A DNA stretch of 64,000 nucleotides, from the NCBI GenBank assembly GCA_964357175.1, contig CAYHJU010000002.1, forward strand, positions 598 to 64,597, given 5' to 3'. Shown here piece by piece: positions 48,355-57,514 of this stretch. Within the stretch, counting starts at the first letter, position 1. Each line of letters starts with the position of its first letter. A program made the translations under genes and the position numbers. Origin of the DNA: an uncultured Candidatus Saccharibacteria bacterium. GTDB lineage: Bacteria > Patescibacteriota > Minisyncoccia > GWC2-36-17 > CAYHJU01. The notes under the pieces are model-generated. The model had not been told where the DNA came from, did no database searches, and was given only the letters and a program-made list of their open reading frames with translations.

Positions 48355-49851
48355 ATGATAAAAAATGTACTGAGTTTAAATTCCATATATGCTAAAAAAT
48401 TCTTCCTAAGTCAGGAGGCATATTCAAACATGGAATTACCTCCGTACTTTGTGTTTAATAAGGTGCTTTTAGATATTGAAAAGTCTTTTGCTGGCAAGCT
48501 TACCCCGAAAGATTTAAATGAGGCAAAGAAAAATGAGACAGTTAACCATATTCTTTATGGAAATAAAGACGGAAAGTATGCGTGGAGAAAATATGAGCTG
48601 ATTAATCCATTACTATACATATCATTGGTGAATATCATCACAGAAAAAAGTAACTGGAAAGTTTTACAAGATCGTTTTAAGGAATTTGAAAAAGACAAAA
48701 ATATTGAGTGCGAGAGTGTTCCAGTATTGCCTACAAGCAGGTCTACGCAAAAAGCGATACAGATTTCGCAATGGGTAAACAATATTGAGAAAAAGTCTAT
48801 AGCTCTTTCACTGGAGTATAATTTTTTATACCAGACAGATATCACTGATTGCTATGGGTCGGTATATACACACTCTTTATCGTGGGCAATCCACACTAAA
48901 GCAGTATCAAAAAATAAGAGAAACTACGGTGATCTTTTTGGGAATAAAATTGATCACCATATTCAAGCAATGTCCTTTGGACAAACAAACGGAATTCCTC
49001 AGGGCAGTATATTAATGGATTTTATAGCAGAGATTGTTCTTGGATATGCAGACCATGAATTATCCGAAAAACTTGCTTCAGCTTTGAAAGGTAGAAAATT
49101 TCATATTTTAAGGTACCGGGATGATTATAGAATTTTTGTAAATGATGTAAGCGATGGTGATACAATCTTGAAATGCCTTGGTGAGGTTTTATTAAATTTA
49201 GGGTTTCGATTAAATACCAATAAAACCTATTTTGACGAAGATGTCGTCTCCGGCTCAATTAAAAAAGATAAGATCGAAGCCTTGAAGTTTGAGTATGTGC
49301 CTAAAAAATTATCAAGAAAAGAATTACTCAGGCAGTTACTTATAGTCCAGCAAATCGGCAAACAATTTCCAAATTCCGGGACGCTTAAAAACAGGCTTTC
49401 AAAGATACTGGATGTAGTTAAGCCAAAAGATTTTTATGCTCAGGAAAGAATCATCTCCAGTCTGCTTACTGATATTGCATACAACAACCCGAACTCTTTT
49501 CCGGTTATTGCCGGTTTAATTTCAAACTGCATCGCCAAATTGCCAAACAAAAGACAAAAGGAGATGGTGTCGCTGATCCAGTCAAAAATATGCATGCTGG
49601 CCAATATCGGCCTTTTAGAGATATGGACGCAAAGAATGTCTATAGGCTTGAAGTTTAAACTCAATTTAAACGAAAAATTGTGCAAGAGTGTTTATGGTGA
49701 CACACAACAGATATTTGAAACTGGTTGGATTAAAGATACGAAGATTAAAAATATCATTGATAGCAATGTTTGTATTGATAAAAAAATAATTGCTAAAACC
49801 AAAGCCAAAATTGAAAACAAAGAAGTGCAGATATTTAATCCTTATAATTAA
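48355..49851 (+). CDS. defence-associated reverse transcriptase (Abi-P2/AbiK/DRT-like; not a retron RT)
   Basis: RT motif A 'LYQTDITDCYGSV'. Motif B' 'NGIPQGSILMD'. Motif C 'LRYRDDYRIF' (Y-x-DD). About 180-aa alpha-helical C-terminal extension. Starts 2 nt after the Res stop. Confidence 0.7.
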   Translation: MIKNVLSLNSIYAKKFFLSQEAYSNMELPPYFVFNKVLLDIEKSFAGKLTPKDLNEAKKNETVNHILYGNKDGKYAWRKYELINPLLYISLVNIITEKSNWKVLQDRFKEFEKDKNIECESVPVLPTSRSTQKAIQISQWVNNIEKKSIALSLEYNFLYQTDITDCYGSVYTHSLSWAIHTKAVSKNKRNYGDLFGNKIDHHIQAMSFGQTNGIPQGSILMDFIAEIVLGYADHELSEKLASALKGRKFHILRYRDDYRIFVNDVSDGDTILKCLGEVLLNLGFRLNTNKTYFDEDVVSGSIKKDKIEALKFEYVPKKLSRKELLRQLLIVQQIGKQFPNSGTLKNRLSKILDVVKPKDFYAQERIISSLLTDIAYNNPNSFPVIAGLISNCIAKLPNKRQKEMVSLIQSKICMLANIGLLEIWTQRMSIGLKFKLNLNEKLCKSVYGDTQQIFETGWIKDTKIKNIIDSNVCIDKKIIAKTKAKIENKEVQIFNPYN

Positions 49852-49860
49852 AATAAAATT

Positions 49861-50610
49861 ATGTCTGAATATTACAACCCACAACGAACAAGAAGTTTAT
49901 ATGATCCGGCATCGGCTGAGTCCTTTAAGTTATCCCGATCAAAGATTGACCTATTTTTAAATTGCCCAAGATGTTTTTATTACGATCGCAAGCTTGGTGT
50001 CGGCCGTCCACCGGGCTTTCCATTCGCTTTAAACTCGGCCGTTGATCATCTCTTAAAGCTCGAGTTTGATATTCATCGTGTTGCCGGCACAAAACATCCC
50101 CTGATTGAAAAATACGGCGTTGACGCTCGCCCTATTGCTCACGAAGACTTGGATAAGTGGCGACATAACTTTACCGGTATTCAATATTTGCATCAGCCAA
50201 CGAATTTTCTTGTGTTCGGTGCAATCGACGATCTCTGGCAAAATTCCAAAGGCGAATACATTGTCGTGGATTATAAGTCCACTTCAAAAGATGAAGACAT
50301 TACCGAGCTTAATAAAGATTGGCAAATTGGTTATAAACGGCAGATGGAAATCTACCAGTGGCTACTTCGCCAAAACGGGTACAAAGTTTCGAGTACCGGC
50401 TATTTTGTCTATTGCAACGGCCAGACGGACCGAAAGGCTTTTGACGCCAAGCTTGAATTCGATATCACCTTAATCGCTTATAAGGGCGATGATTCTTGGG
50501 TTGAAAAAACTATCACGGAAGCCCACAAGTGTTTGAATGGTAATAAAATTCCCAACGCTGATCCTAATTGCGATTACTGCAATTATGTTCAGGCGATAAA
50601 TAGTAAATAA
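49861..50610 (+). CDS. Cas4-like/RecB-family PD-(D/E)XK nuclease with 4-Cys Fe-S cluster (DUF83-like)
   Basis: N-terminal 'SRSKIDLFLNCPRCFYY'. 'GAIDDL'. 'VVDYKST' (D-x-K). 'QMEIYQWL' (QhXXY). C-terminal 'CLNGNKIPNADPNCDYC'. Confidence 0.7.
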   Translation: MSEYYNPQRTRSLYDPASAESFKLSRSKIDLFLNCPRCFYYDRKLGVGRPPGFPFALNSAVDHLLKLEFDIHRVAGTKHPLIEKYGVDARPIAHEDLDKWRHNFTGIQYLHQPTNFLVFGAIDDLWQNSKGEYIVVDYKSTSKDEDITELNKDWQIGYKRQMEIYQWLLRQNGYKVSSTGYFVYCNGQTDRKAFDAKLEFDITLIAYKGDDSWVEKTITEAHKCLNGNKIPNADPNCDYCNYVQAINSK

Positions 50611-50615
50611 TTATT

Positions 50616-51914
50616 ATGCACAACAGAGATCCACATCAAGCCTTAAAAAGTGAAGTTATTGGGAAAGTCCGATCAGGGACAACTGATTTGGTCTTGGCAA
50701 AATTACAATGGAGTAAAGACGATATCGGTTATAGCCTACATGTGTCGCCAAACACCTTCAGCATCTCAGGTGGTTATCAGGTAACAGATTTTTTAAGCCA
50801 TTTGGGATTTCAGAGGAGTGGATGCTCTTTTATTGATAGTCGGCAATGTTATGTTCGCTGGGTAGATGCGAGTTTTGATCTTAATACTTTTGCTGGCTTT
50901 TTTGATCAAGCATATAGCAATCTAACCGACGCACAAAAGGACTTAGAAAAATGTGGTTTCTTTTTTGATAAACCAGAAGGTTTGGGATATTTTCTTGGTG
51001 GCCAATCTCGTAGCAGACAGCGTGATTTCCAAATGTCTGGAGATGGGCATGCTGCGATGTCAGTAAAGGTAATGAAGCAAAGCGAAGATGACGCTTTTCA
51101 ATACAAATTCACTTGGCTTGAATCCAGCCAAGATAAAGGATGGGTAATACATTACCGCCCAAAGCATCTGCCATTGTCATCTGAGCTTCAAAGCGTTTTT
51201 CAATTTTTAGGAATACATAATTTTGAGCAATGTCCGGAATACGAATTTGAACCATGTTATTGGTATTCAATCGCTTTTGAAGAAAGAGGAGATAGAATGT
51301 TTGATAGCAACGCGAACACTGCTCACAGTTGGTTTGATTCTCATGCACAACATTTCTCAATTGGCATTCAAAAGTTGCTTTCAGCCAATGCCGAAATTGA
51401 AAAATCTGGCCTTACTTTTTTGCCGTTTCAAAAACCGGCAGAACGGTTAAATATTGATATTGAGAAAAGGGTTACCAGACCAAAATCTTCTACCAAACCA
51501 GCGGATATTACTAAATTTGATGTGGCAATATCATTTGCTGGAACTGAACGAGAGCACGCAGAAAAATTAGCTACCATTTTGAAAGAGTCAGGATTTTCAG
51601 TCTTCTATGACGAATTTTATCCAGAATATCTTTGGGGTAAAAATCTAGTTGACACCTTTGATGAGATTTTTAGAAAGCGTTCTCGCTATTGTGTAATTTT
51701 TATTTCAAAGGACTATAAGGAGAGGGTTTGGACTAATCACGAAAGGCAAAGTGCCCAAGCAAGAGCTATCAACGAAAAAGGTAACGAATATATATTGCCG
51801 ATTAAAGTTGATGAGACAGAGCTTGACGGTATGCCACCTACGGTTGGTTATGTGCCTCTCAAAAAAGGAATTGAAAAAATTGGCGAGCTTCTGATTAAGA
51901 AATTAAAGACATAA
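50616..51914 (+). CDS. TIR-domain protein with ~280-aa uncharacterised N-terminal domain
   Basis: C-terminal 'KFDVAISFAGTEREHAEKLATILKESGFSVFYDE...CVIFISKDYKERVWTNHE' matches the bacterial TIR betaA-alphaA/betaD pattern. Confidence 0.65.
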   Translation: MHNRDPHQALKSEVIGKVRSGTTDLVLAKLQWSKDDIGYSLHVSPNTFSISGGYQVTDFLSHLGFQRSGCSFIDSRQCYVRWVDASFDLNTFAGFFDQAYSNLTDAQKDLEKCGFFFDKPEGLGYFLGGQSRSRQRDFQMSGDGHAAMSVKVMKQSEDDAFQYKFTWLESSQDKGWVIHYRPKHLPLSSELQSVFQFLGIHNFEQCPEYEFEPCYWYSIAFEERGDRMFDSNANTAHSWFDSHAQHFSIGIQKLLSANAEIEKSGLTFLPFQKPAERLNIDIEKRVTRPKSSTKPADITKFDVAISFAGTEREHAEKLATILKESGFSVFYDEFYPEYLWGKNLVDTFDEIFRKRSRYCVIFISKDYKERVWTNHERQSAQARAINEKGNEYILPIKVDETELDGMPPTVGYVPLKKGIEKIGELLIKKLKT

Positions 51915-51924
51915 TTCGAATACA

Positions 51925-52233
51925 ATGGAAATAGAATCAAAACAACAAATTTTAGAACGGCGGAAAGAGCTTGAACGAGAACTCGAGGAAATGCTCAAAG
52001 AAACCGAGAGCGATTTTACTTTAGATCATGTCCTGGACGCTATTTATAACGAGGAAGATAACGACGACATGATGAAAGTTGTGGCTATGTTTGATCGTGG
52101 CGGAGAAACTTCGGAATTAAGTAATATTCTTGAAATAACAAATGACGCCTGGAATTATTTTCCGCACAAGGTGCTCGGTGGCATCTCGCCAGCTGAAAAG
52201 TTGTTTGAGTACAATCAAAATAAAAAGCAATAA
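51925..52233 (+). CDS. small hypothetical protein (operon partner of the TIR gene)
   Basis: 102-aa ORF starting 10 nt after the TIR stop. Confidence 0.4.
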   Translation: MEIESKQQILERRKELERELEEMLKETESDFTLDHVLDAIYNEEDNDDMMKVVAMFDRGGETSELSNILEITNDAWNYFPHKVLGGISPAEKLFEYNQNKKQ

Positions 52234-52236
52234 TTT

Positions 52237-52416
52237 ATGTCAGACGACAATGAGCCAATTAAAAACGAACCAGCCGAAGAAGCTCCGGACGAGGAAGTCG
52301 CCGAGCTTATGGAAAGTCACGATCTTGATAAAGACACGGCTGAGCGTGTTCAAGAGATTATGGAAGATTTGGGTGTGGACGAGGATGATGCTGTAGAACT
52401 CGAGGAACTTTTGTAA
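52237..52416 (+). CDS. small acidic protein (59 aa), hypothetical
   Basis: ATG 3 nt after the previous stop, hand-translated MSDDNEPIKNEPAEEAPDEEVAELMESHDLDKDTAERVQEIMEDLGVDEDDAVELEELL. A 9-bp-stem hairpin follows (gcttaactt/aagttaagc). Confidence 0.3.
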   Translation: MSDDNEPIKNEPAEEAPDEEVAELMESHDLDKDTAERVQEIMEDLGVDEDDAVELEELL

Positions 52417-52849
52417 GAGTCATATTTGCTTAACTTTTCCGAAGTTAAGCAAATTGGTTTAAAGTCTCAAAACTCGTTCACAATCGTTTTTGGTTTCCAG
52501 ATTGGTGCAAATCTCTTACTCCGGTCGAACCGCTCGCCCCAAGGGCAAACACGGGGCAAGAACGGGTTATACATTCGCGTACTTAGCCAGCATTTCTTTC
52601 ATTTGGTCTAAAACTACAGTCGGATATTTGTATTCGCTTGCCCAGTCAAAAGTTCGGAAATCGTTGAGCAGGGCGAGCCAAATTACAAAAATCGACTAAT
52701 CGGCGATTTTTTATTGGAAGCGGATTAATGCTCGACCTCGGAGACCGAGGGGGCTTGCCAAAAATTGTTTAATGATGTTATGATGGGGCGGTACTGCTAA
52801 AGTACGGAAATAAGTCGAGTTTCCCTGAACTAATCTTAAAAACAATCAC

Positions 52850-53047
52850 ATGAACGGAACTATTAAAAAGCTTACAGAAAAAGGCTTTGGGTTCATTGCT
52901 CGCGAAGGCGAGGCAAAGGATCTATTTTTTCATTCCAAGGAATTGAAGGGCGTGATGTTTGACGAATTAAAAGAAGGCGACGCCGTCACTTTTGATCTCG
53001 TTGAAACTGAAAAAGGCCCAGCCGCTGTAAATGTATCTCGTGCATAG
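52850..53047 (+). CDS. cspA: cold-shock protein (CspA family)
   Basis: 'GTIKKLTEKGFGFIAREGEAKDLFFH' RNP1/RNP2 motifs. 65 aa. Confidence 0.9.
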   Translation: MNGTIKKLTEKGFGFIAREGEAKDLFFHSKELKGVMFDELKEGDAVTFDLVETEKGPAAVNVSRA

Positions 53048-53055
53048 ATATTAAA

Positions 53056-53106
53056 AAAACCATCCCGCCCTTTTGGCTTAGACCAAAAGGGCGGGATGGT
53101 TTTTGA
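53056..53106 (+). terminator. rho-independent terminator (18-bp stem)
   Basis: aaaccatcccgcccttttgg / ccaaaagggcgggatggttt followed by tttg. Confidence 0.7.
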
Positions 53107-53186
53107 TTTGGGTGTTTTCCTATAAACGTAAATGCGGTATGCTATAGGAGGTCGTATTTATTATAATAAATAATAGTTTATAAAAT

Positions 53187-54323
53187 ATGAAAGCTGTAAA
53201 ATACATCATCATTTCGTTGCTTTTCGTTCCATTTCTGGTTTTTGCTCAAAACCAAGCTGTCTCACCAAGCGCGAGTGCGCCCATCGTAAATTCACCAAAG
53301 GCGAGCGCATCTGCGGACTTGCCCGCCGAAGCTTTAGCGAAGGCGGGACTTACTCCCGAAAATCCGTTCTATTTTCTGGATAGATTGGGTGAAACTCTTC
53401 AGAGATTTTTTACCTTTAATCCATCAAGTAGGGCGAGGCTGGAAATTTCTTTTGCCAAAGAACGAATAGCAGAAATAAAACTTGTCCTTGAAGAAAAGGG
53501 CGTTGATGCAAAAGGTCTTAGTGTTGCCGAAACAAGGCTTAACGATAATCTTTCGAGGGCAGCCGCAATTATCGCAGACCAAAAACAATCCGGAAAAGAT
53601 GTGAGTGGTCTTGCTCAAGAGATTTCTAACGATTTTAGTTCCGCGCAAAAAATGCTCAAAAATACCTTCGAGTCAGAGGCTGATGTATTGGAGGCCAAAA
53701 TTGAAGCGCTAAAAGCTAAGCTCAAAGAAGTTCGCCTGGCTGGCGACGCCACTCAAGTTGAGGCGTTGTCAAAAGAGCTCGCTAATCTTAAGGCCCAAAA
53801 AGAACTTTTGGAACAGCACGAAGATAAAAATAATAATGATATCGAAGAGGAAAATGAACATGTTGACGAAGCTTTAGGGATTCAAAAAGAGGCCGCGGAG
53901 AAGATAAAAGATGTTGAAGAAAAAAGGGCGGAGATTTTGGAAGAAGCGCAAGATGATAATTTCACCATACCAGACGGAACGTTTAAGGAGTTTGACGCCA
54001 TTCTTTCACAGGCCAAAGCCGCATTTGGTGCAGGAAAATATCAAGATGCCAAAAATTTGGCAAAAGAAGCCAAGAAAAGCATAAAGGAAATAAAGAAGCG
54101 TTTAGAAAATCTTAAAGACGCTAAAGATGAAAAAGAGATTCAGAAACATGAATTTGAGGATAAATTAAAAGAAGCGGATAAAAAATCAGCAGAGCAAATT
54201 CGAGAAGAAATGAAACAAAGTAGCGAAGATTTGCAGAAAAAACAAGAACAACTAAGAGAAGAACAGAAAAAAATTGAAGAACAATTAAGGGAAGCGAGTG
54301 GCGCACAAGAAGAGAACGACTAA
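53187..54323 (+). CDS. secreted K/E-rich coiled-coil protein, hypothetical
   Basis: Signal 'MKAVKYIIISLLFVPFLVFAQ'. Long charged heptad region. Confidence 0.45.
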   Translation: MKAVKYIIISLLFVPFLVFAQNQAVSPSASAPIVNSPKASASADLPAEALAKAGLTPENPFYFLDRLGETLQRFFTFNPSSRARLEISFAKERIAEIKLVLEEKGVDAKGLSVAETRLNDNLSRAAAIIADQKQSGKDVSGLAQEISNDFSSAQKMLKNTFESEADVLEAKIEALKAKLKEVRLAGDATQVEALSKELANLKAQKELLEQHEDKNNNDIEEENEHVDEALGIQKEAAEKIKDVEEKRAEILEEAQDDNFTIPDGTFKEFDAILSQAKAAFGAGKYQDAKNLAKEAKKSIKEIKKRLENLKDAKDEKEIQKHEFEDKLKEADKKSAEQIREEMKQSSEDLQKKQEQLREEQKKIEEQLREASGAQEEND

Positions 54324-54324
54324 T

Positions 54325-54368
54325 CAGTATAAGTAAAAACAGCCCCAGGGCTGTTTTTACTTATACTG
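54325..54368. terminator. bidirectional terminator (about 20-bp perfect palindrome)
   Basis: cagtataagtaaaaacagccc / gggctgtttttacttatactg between convergent genes. Confidence 0.65.
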
Positions 54369-54409
54369 AAATTATTGGAATGATAGAATGAAAAATTAAT
54401 AACCCATAC

Positions 54410-55609
54410 TTAATCAACGGGCCCCTTCTTAATTTTTGAAACAATAATAAAAACAACAAGGCCCAAAAAAGAAAATATTGCCGCATAATACAGGGCCGAC
54501 GATGAACCAAATTTGGTCCATAAAATTCCCCCTAAAACTCCGGCCACCAAAGAAGAAAATCCCAGCGCCATATTCAGAAAACCTTGACCGGTGGCCAGCA
54601 GGTCCTTGCTCAACATTTGAGCGGCCAACATTCTTTGTATTCCATCTGTGGCGGCAGAATAAATTCCTAAAGTTATAAAAAATATTGTCATGGACATAAT
54701 ATGCGACGCTTGGGCTAGCCCCAAGTAAGATATTATGGCGAACAAAAAACCAAAAATTATCACAATTCTACCACCTATTTTATCCGCCAATCGTCCAAGC
54801 GGCACAGAGGCGAGGACGAATATTAGACTATAAACAAAATACATAAGAGGAATTTGTCCAATTGAGCCAATTTCTCTAGTTTTAAGAAGTATGAGTCCAG
54901 TAGGTAACGCACCTAGGCCAAAAATAAAAATGGTCAAGACGATAAAAATAAATTTTTTATTCTCCTTAAAAATATCCCATTTAAGTTTTGTGGGGGCGAC
55001 CTGGGGCCTATCCTTTTCATCATCTCGGCCTTTTTCTTTTACAAGGACAAAACTTCCTATGGCGCCAAGTCCTAAAAAGAAAGAAATGAGAAATAAAACT
55101 CTGTAACTTCCCCCTAAAAATGGCAAAAGAAAGAATGCCAGCAAGGGTCCCAGCGTTGCGCCCAAGGCGTCCATGGCGCGGTGGAGGCCATATGACCTAC
55201 CAAGCTCTTCACGAGGGACGGATTCGGCTATCATGGCGTCGCGTGGGGCGTCTCGCATGCCTTTGCCTATTCGGTCGCCCATACGGAGTCCAAATACTTG
55301 CCAGAAGTTTTGCGCCAGAGTTAAAAATAATCGTATACCAACTGAAATGCTATAACCTAAAACAGCCATGCCTTTGCGTTTGCCAATTTTATCCGAAAAC
55401 CATCCGGAGATAGGTTTGAGCGTGCTTGCCAGAGCATCCGCGGCGCCTTCTATAAAACCGACAAAAAACGCCGGCGCTCCCAAGGTTACCGTTAAAAAAG
55501 CGGGCATTACCGACTGTACTATTTCGGCCGAAAAATCATTAAAAAAACTCACCAACCCTAAAAAGAAGATATTTTTTCTTACGCCAAATATTTTTTTATC
55601 ATTTTCCAT
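54410..55609 (-). CDS. MFS transporter
   Basis: 12 TM helices. MFS motif A-like 'GWFSDKIGKRKGM'. Confidence 0.75.
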   Translation of the reverse strand: MENDKKIFGVRKNIFFLGLVSFFNDFSAEIVQSVMPAFLTVTLGAPAFFVGFIEGAADALASTLKPISGWFSDKIGKRKGMAVLGYSISVGIRLFLTLAQNFWQVFGLRMGDRIGKGMRDAPRDAMIAESVPREELGRSYGLHRAMDALGATLGPLLAFFLLPFLGGSYRVLFLISFFLGLGAIGSFVLVKEKGRDDEKDRPQVAPTKLKWDIFKENKKFIFIVLTIFIFGLGALPTGLILLKTREIGSIGQIPLMYFVYSLIFVLASVPLGRLADKIGGRIVIIFGFLFAIISYLGLAQASHIMSMTIFFITLGIYSAATDGIQRMLAAQMLSKDLLATGQGFLNMALGFSSLVAGVLGGILWTKFGSSSALYYAAIFSFLGLVVFIIVSKIKKGPVD

Positions 55610-55747
55610 AGCGATTGTTATATTATAGTAACAAAATCATTTTTTAACAATTCATTTTTTATGATATTTAATCTCAGAATGAGGCGTCTGTTTTTGTTAG
55701 TAAAATTTTGTTAAAATTAAAACAATGGTGAATTTCAAAAATAAGTT

Positions 55748-56800
55748 ATGTCAACTGAAAAATTTAAACCGATAAAATTTCCTCAAGACGAGCAAGCGCA
55801 CAGCAGTACAATAGAATGGTGGTACTTTAACGGCCATCTTTTAGGTGAGGACGGTAAAAAATACGCCTTTATGGACTGTTTCTTTAAGGCAGATTCCAAA
55901 AAGGTAAGAATACCCTTTTTAAAATCACTGCCTATAAAAGACGTTTACTTTGCTCATCACATTCTTTCGGATATTGGAAACCAAAAAAGCTATAAAAAAA
56001 TTGATCCTTTATGCTTAATTTCCAAAGATAGTTTTAAAAAAAAATTGCTTTTTGTTAATTACACTACGCCAGTTTTGGTGGGGGAGTATTTTAATTCAGA
56101 AATGGCAGAAAGCGCGCCTTTTAAATATAAAATAAAAACAGAAAATTTTAGCTTAGAGCTTACTTCAAAAAAACCGCCGCTACTGGAGGGTGGTAACGGC
56201 TTCATTAAAGTTTTGGACAAAAAAACACATTACTATTCTTTGACCAGTTTGGACACTAAGGGCGAAATTAAAATAGGCGATAAGATAATAAAAGTTAAGG
56301 GCAAGTCTTGGTTTGACCATCAATGGGCAGACACGTTTTATTCCCAGGACAAATGGACATGGTTTTCTTTACAATTAGACAATAATGCGGAGATGGTTTG
56401 TTTTCAGTATGGCGATGACAAAACCCACGCGCGCCTTGCCAGTATAATATTTTCCGAAGGAGATGTTTTTCACACCAGCAATGTAGATTTCATAAATTTA
56501 AAAGATTTTTGGATAAGTCCTGATACTAAAACAAAATATCCTCTTTCCTGGCAAATCAAGATTCCCGAACTCGATGCTGATTTTAGAGTTGAACCATTAA
56601 TTAAAAATCAGGAAATGACCTTTGGGTTTATAAATTATTGGGAGGGTCCGCTTAAAGTCTCCGGAATTTTGCAGGGAAGAAAAGTTTCAGGCCAGGGATT
56701 CTTGGAGCTTGTGGGATATCTGCCGGGTGTTGGGAAAGTTAAAATAATTGAAAGCGAGATTTTAGAAAAAATAAAAAGATTAGATGAATTTTTTAAATAA
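55748..56800 (+). CDS. CrtC/AttH-like lipocalin-domain protein (hydroxyneurosporene synthase family fold)
   Basis: 'PQDEQAHSSTIEWWYFNGHL' N-terminal signature of the CrtC/AttH family. Confidence 0.5.
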   Translation: MSTEKFKPIKFPQDEQAHSSTIEWWYFNGHLLGEDGKKYAFMDCFFKADSKKVRIPFLKSLPIKDVYFAHHILSDIGNQKSYKKIDPLCLISKDSFKKKLLFVNYTTPVLVGEYFNSEMAESAPFKYKIKTENFSLELTSKKPPLLEGGNGFIKVLDKKTHYYSLTSLDTKGEIKIGDKIIKVKGKSWFDHQWADTFYSQDKWTWFSLQLDNNAEMVCFQYGDDKTHARLASIIFSEGDVFHTSNVDFINLKDFWISPDTKTKYPLSWQIKIPELDADFRVEPLIKNQEMTFGFINYWEGPLKVSGILQGRKVSGQGFLELVGYLPGVGKVKIIESEILEKIKRLDEFFK

Positions 56801-56801
56801 A

Positions 56802-56836
56802 ACACCCGCGCAAAATGCGCGGGTGTTTTATTTTTT
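56802..56836. terminator. bidirectional rho-independent terminator
   Basis: aacacccgcgc aaaat gcgcgggtgtt followed by ttatttttt. Confidence 0.65.
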
Positions 56837-56845
56837 AAAGAAAGA

Positions 56846-57205
56846 TTAGTAAGATCTTCTTTGTCTGTGACAATCTCTGCACAAAAGTTGTCCTTCTCTA
56901 GATGGATCTGGTTGGAAAGGAAGTTCTGTGATAGATGCGCCGCAGCTTGAGCATTTCCAGTTTCCCTGGTACATCTGCTTTTGGAAGCTACCGCCTCTAT
57001 CGCCTCTGTCTCCACCTCTAAATCCTCCTCTACTACCACTGAAGGAAGATCTTTTCTGTCTGTGACAATCTTTACAAAGAAGTTCTCCTGTTCGTGATGG
57101 ATCTGGTTGGAAAGGAAGTTCTGTGATAGATGCACCACAATTTGAACACTTCCAGTCTCCCTGATACATTTGTCTTGGAGAGCTGTCGTTATTATCGTAA
57201 GCCAT
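56846..57205 (-). CDS. duplicated zinc-ribbon (CxxC-x17-CxxC) protein with RGG-box linker, putative nucleic-acid binding
   Basis: Two ~40-aa repeats 'QMYQG[DN]WKCS[NS]CGASITELPFQPDPSR.G.LLC[KR]DCHRQ'. They are separated by 'GSRGGFRGGDRGDRGG'. The two repeats differ at the DNA level more than at the protein level. Confidence 0.5.
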   Translation of the reverse strand: MAYDNNDSSPRQMYQGDWKCSNCGASITELPFQPDPSRTGELLCKDCHRQKRSSFSGSRGGFRGGDRGDRGGSFQKQMYQGNWKCSSCGASITELPFQPDPSREGQLLCRDCHRQRRSY

Positions 57206-57405
57206 TTTGATTTTTGCTTATTGTTGTTAAATCTCGCGACCTTTTGCGATCCGATCAAAACGGCGCTTCTATAAAACTATTCGTTATATAAAATTAAACC
57301 TATTTTGCGTCGAACCTAATTACAGTAACCCAGTGTATGCTCTTATTAGCCATTTGTCAATAGCGCGCGGCAATGTTTCGTGATGCCATTCGTTATTCGC
57401 CTATT

Positions 57406-57429
57406 CGCCTGCCTGCCGGTAGGTAGGCG
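57406..57429. repeat. GC-rich hairpin repeat copy 2: CGCCTGCCTGCCGGTAGGTAGGCG (12-bp-arm palindrome centred on CCGG)
   Basis: Near-perfect palindrome with 2 G-T pairs, in the AT-rich intergenic region upstream of the 57515 gene. Confidence 0.5.
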
Positions 57430-57514
57430 CGAATTAGAGACATAATAAAATTTAAAAAAATAAAATATTGCCTGTATTCAAAATTTTGTTTATGCTAAAG
57501 TAAATTCAGCAAAT

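Larger units (their letters stand above)
35278..52416. mobile_element. integrated genomic island (degenerate prophage/integrative element) adjacent to tRNA-Asn, carrying a defence-gene block
   Basis: Serine recombinase abuts the tRNA. G+C is visibly higher than the flanks. Small phage-like HTH genes are on the minus strand. Co-directional defence genes run 39564-52416. The right boundary is approximate; no attR repeat was found by eye. Confidence 0.5.

Noticed and set aside
52420-52700. Possible tRNA, tmRNA or attR remnant ('ggtcgaaccgc', T-loop-like) at the right edge of the island
   Set aside because: I could not fold a cloverleaf or find a direct repeat of the tRNA-Asn 3' end. It is more likely a hairpin terminator (gcttaactt/aagttaagc) plus the cspA promoter and leader region.
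56635-57258. 207-aa minus-strand ORF overlapping the zinc-ribbon gene in another frame
   Set aside because: Its internal repeat shows radical substitutions (SVQIVV vs NAQAAA). The 119-aa frame shows conservative or synonymous ones and a coherent Cys4 motif. The frame that looks selected is the 119-aa one.
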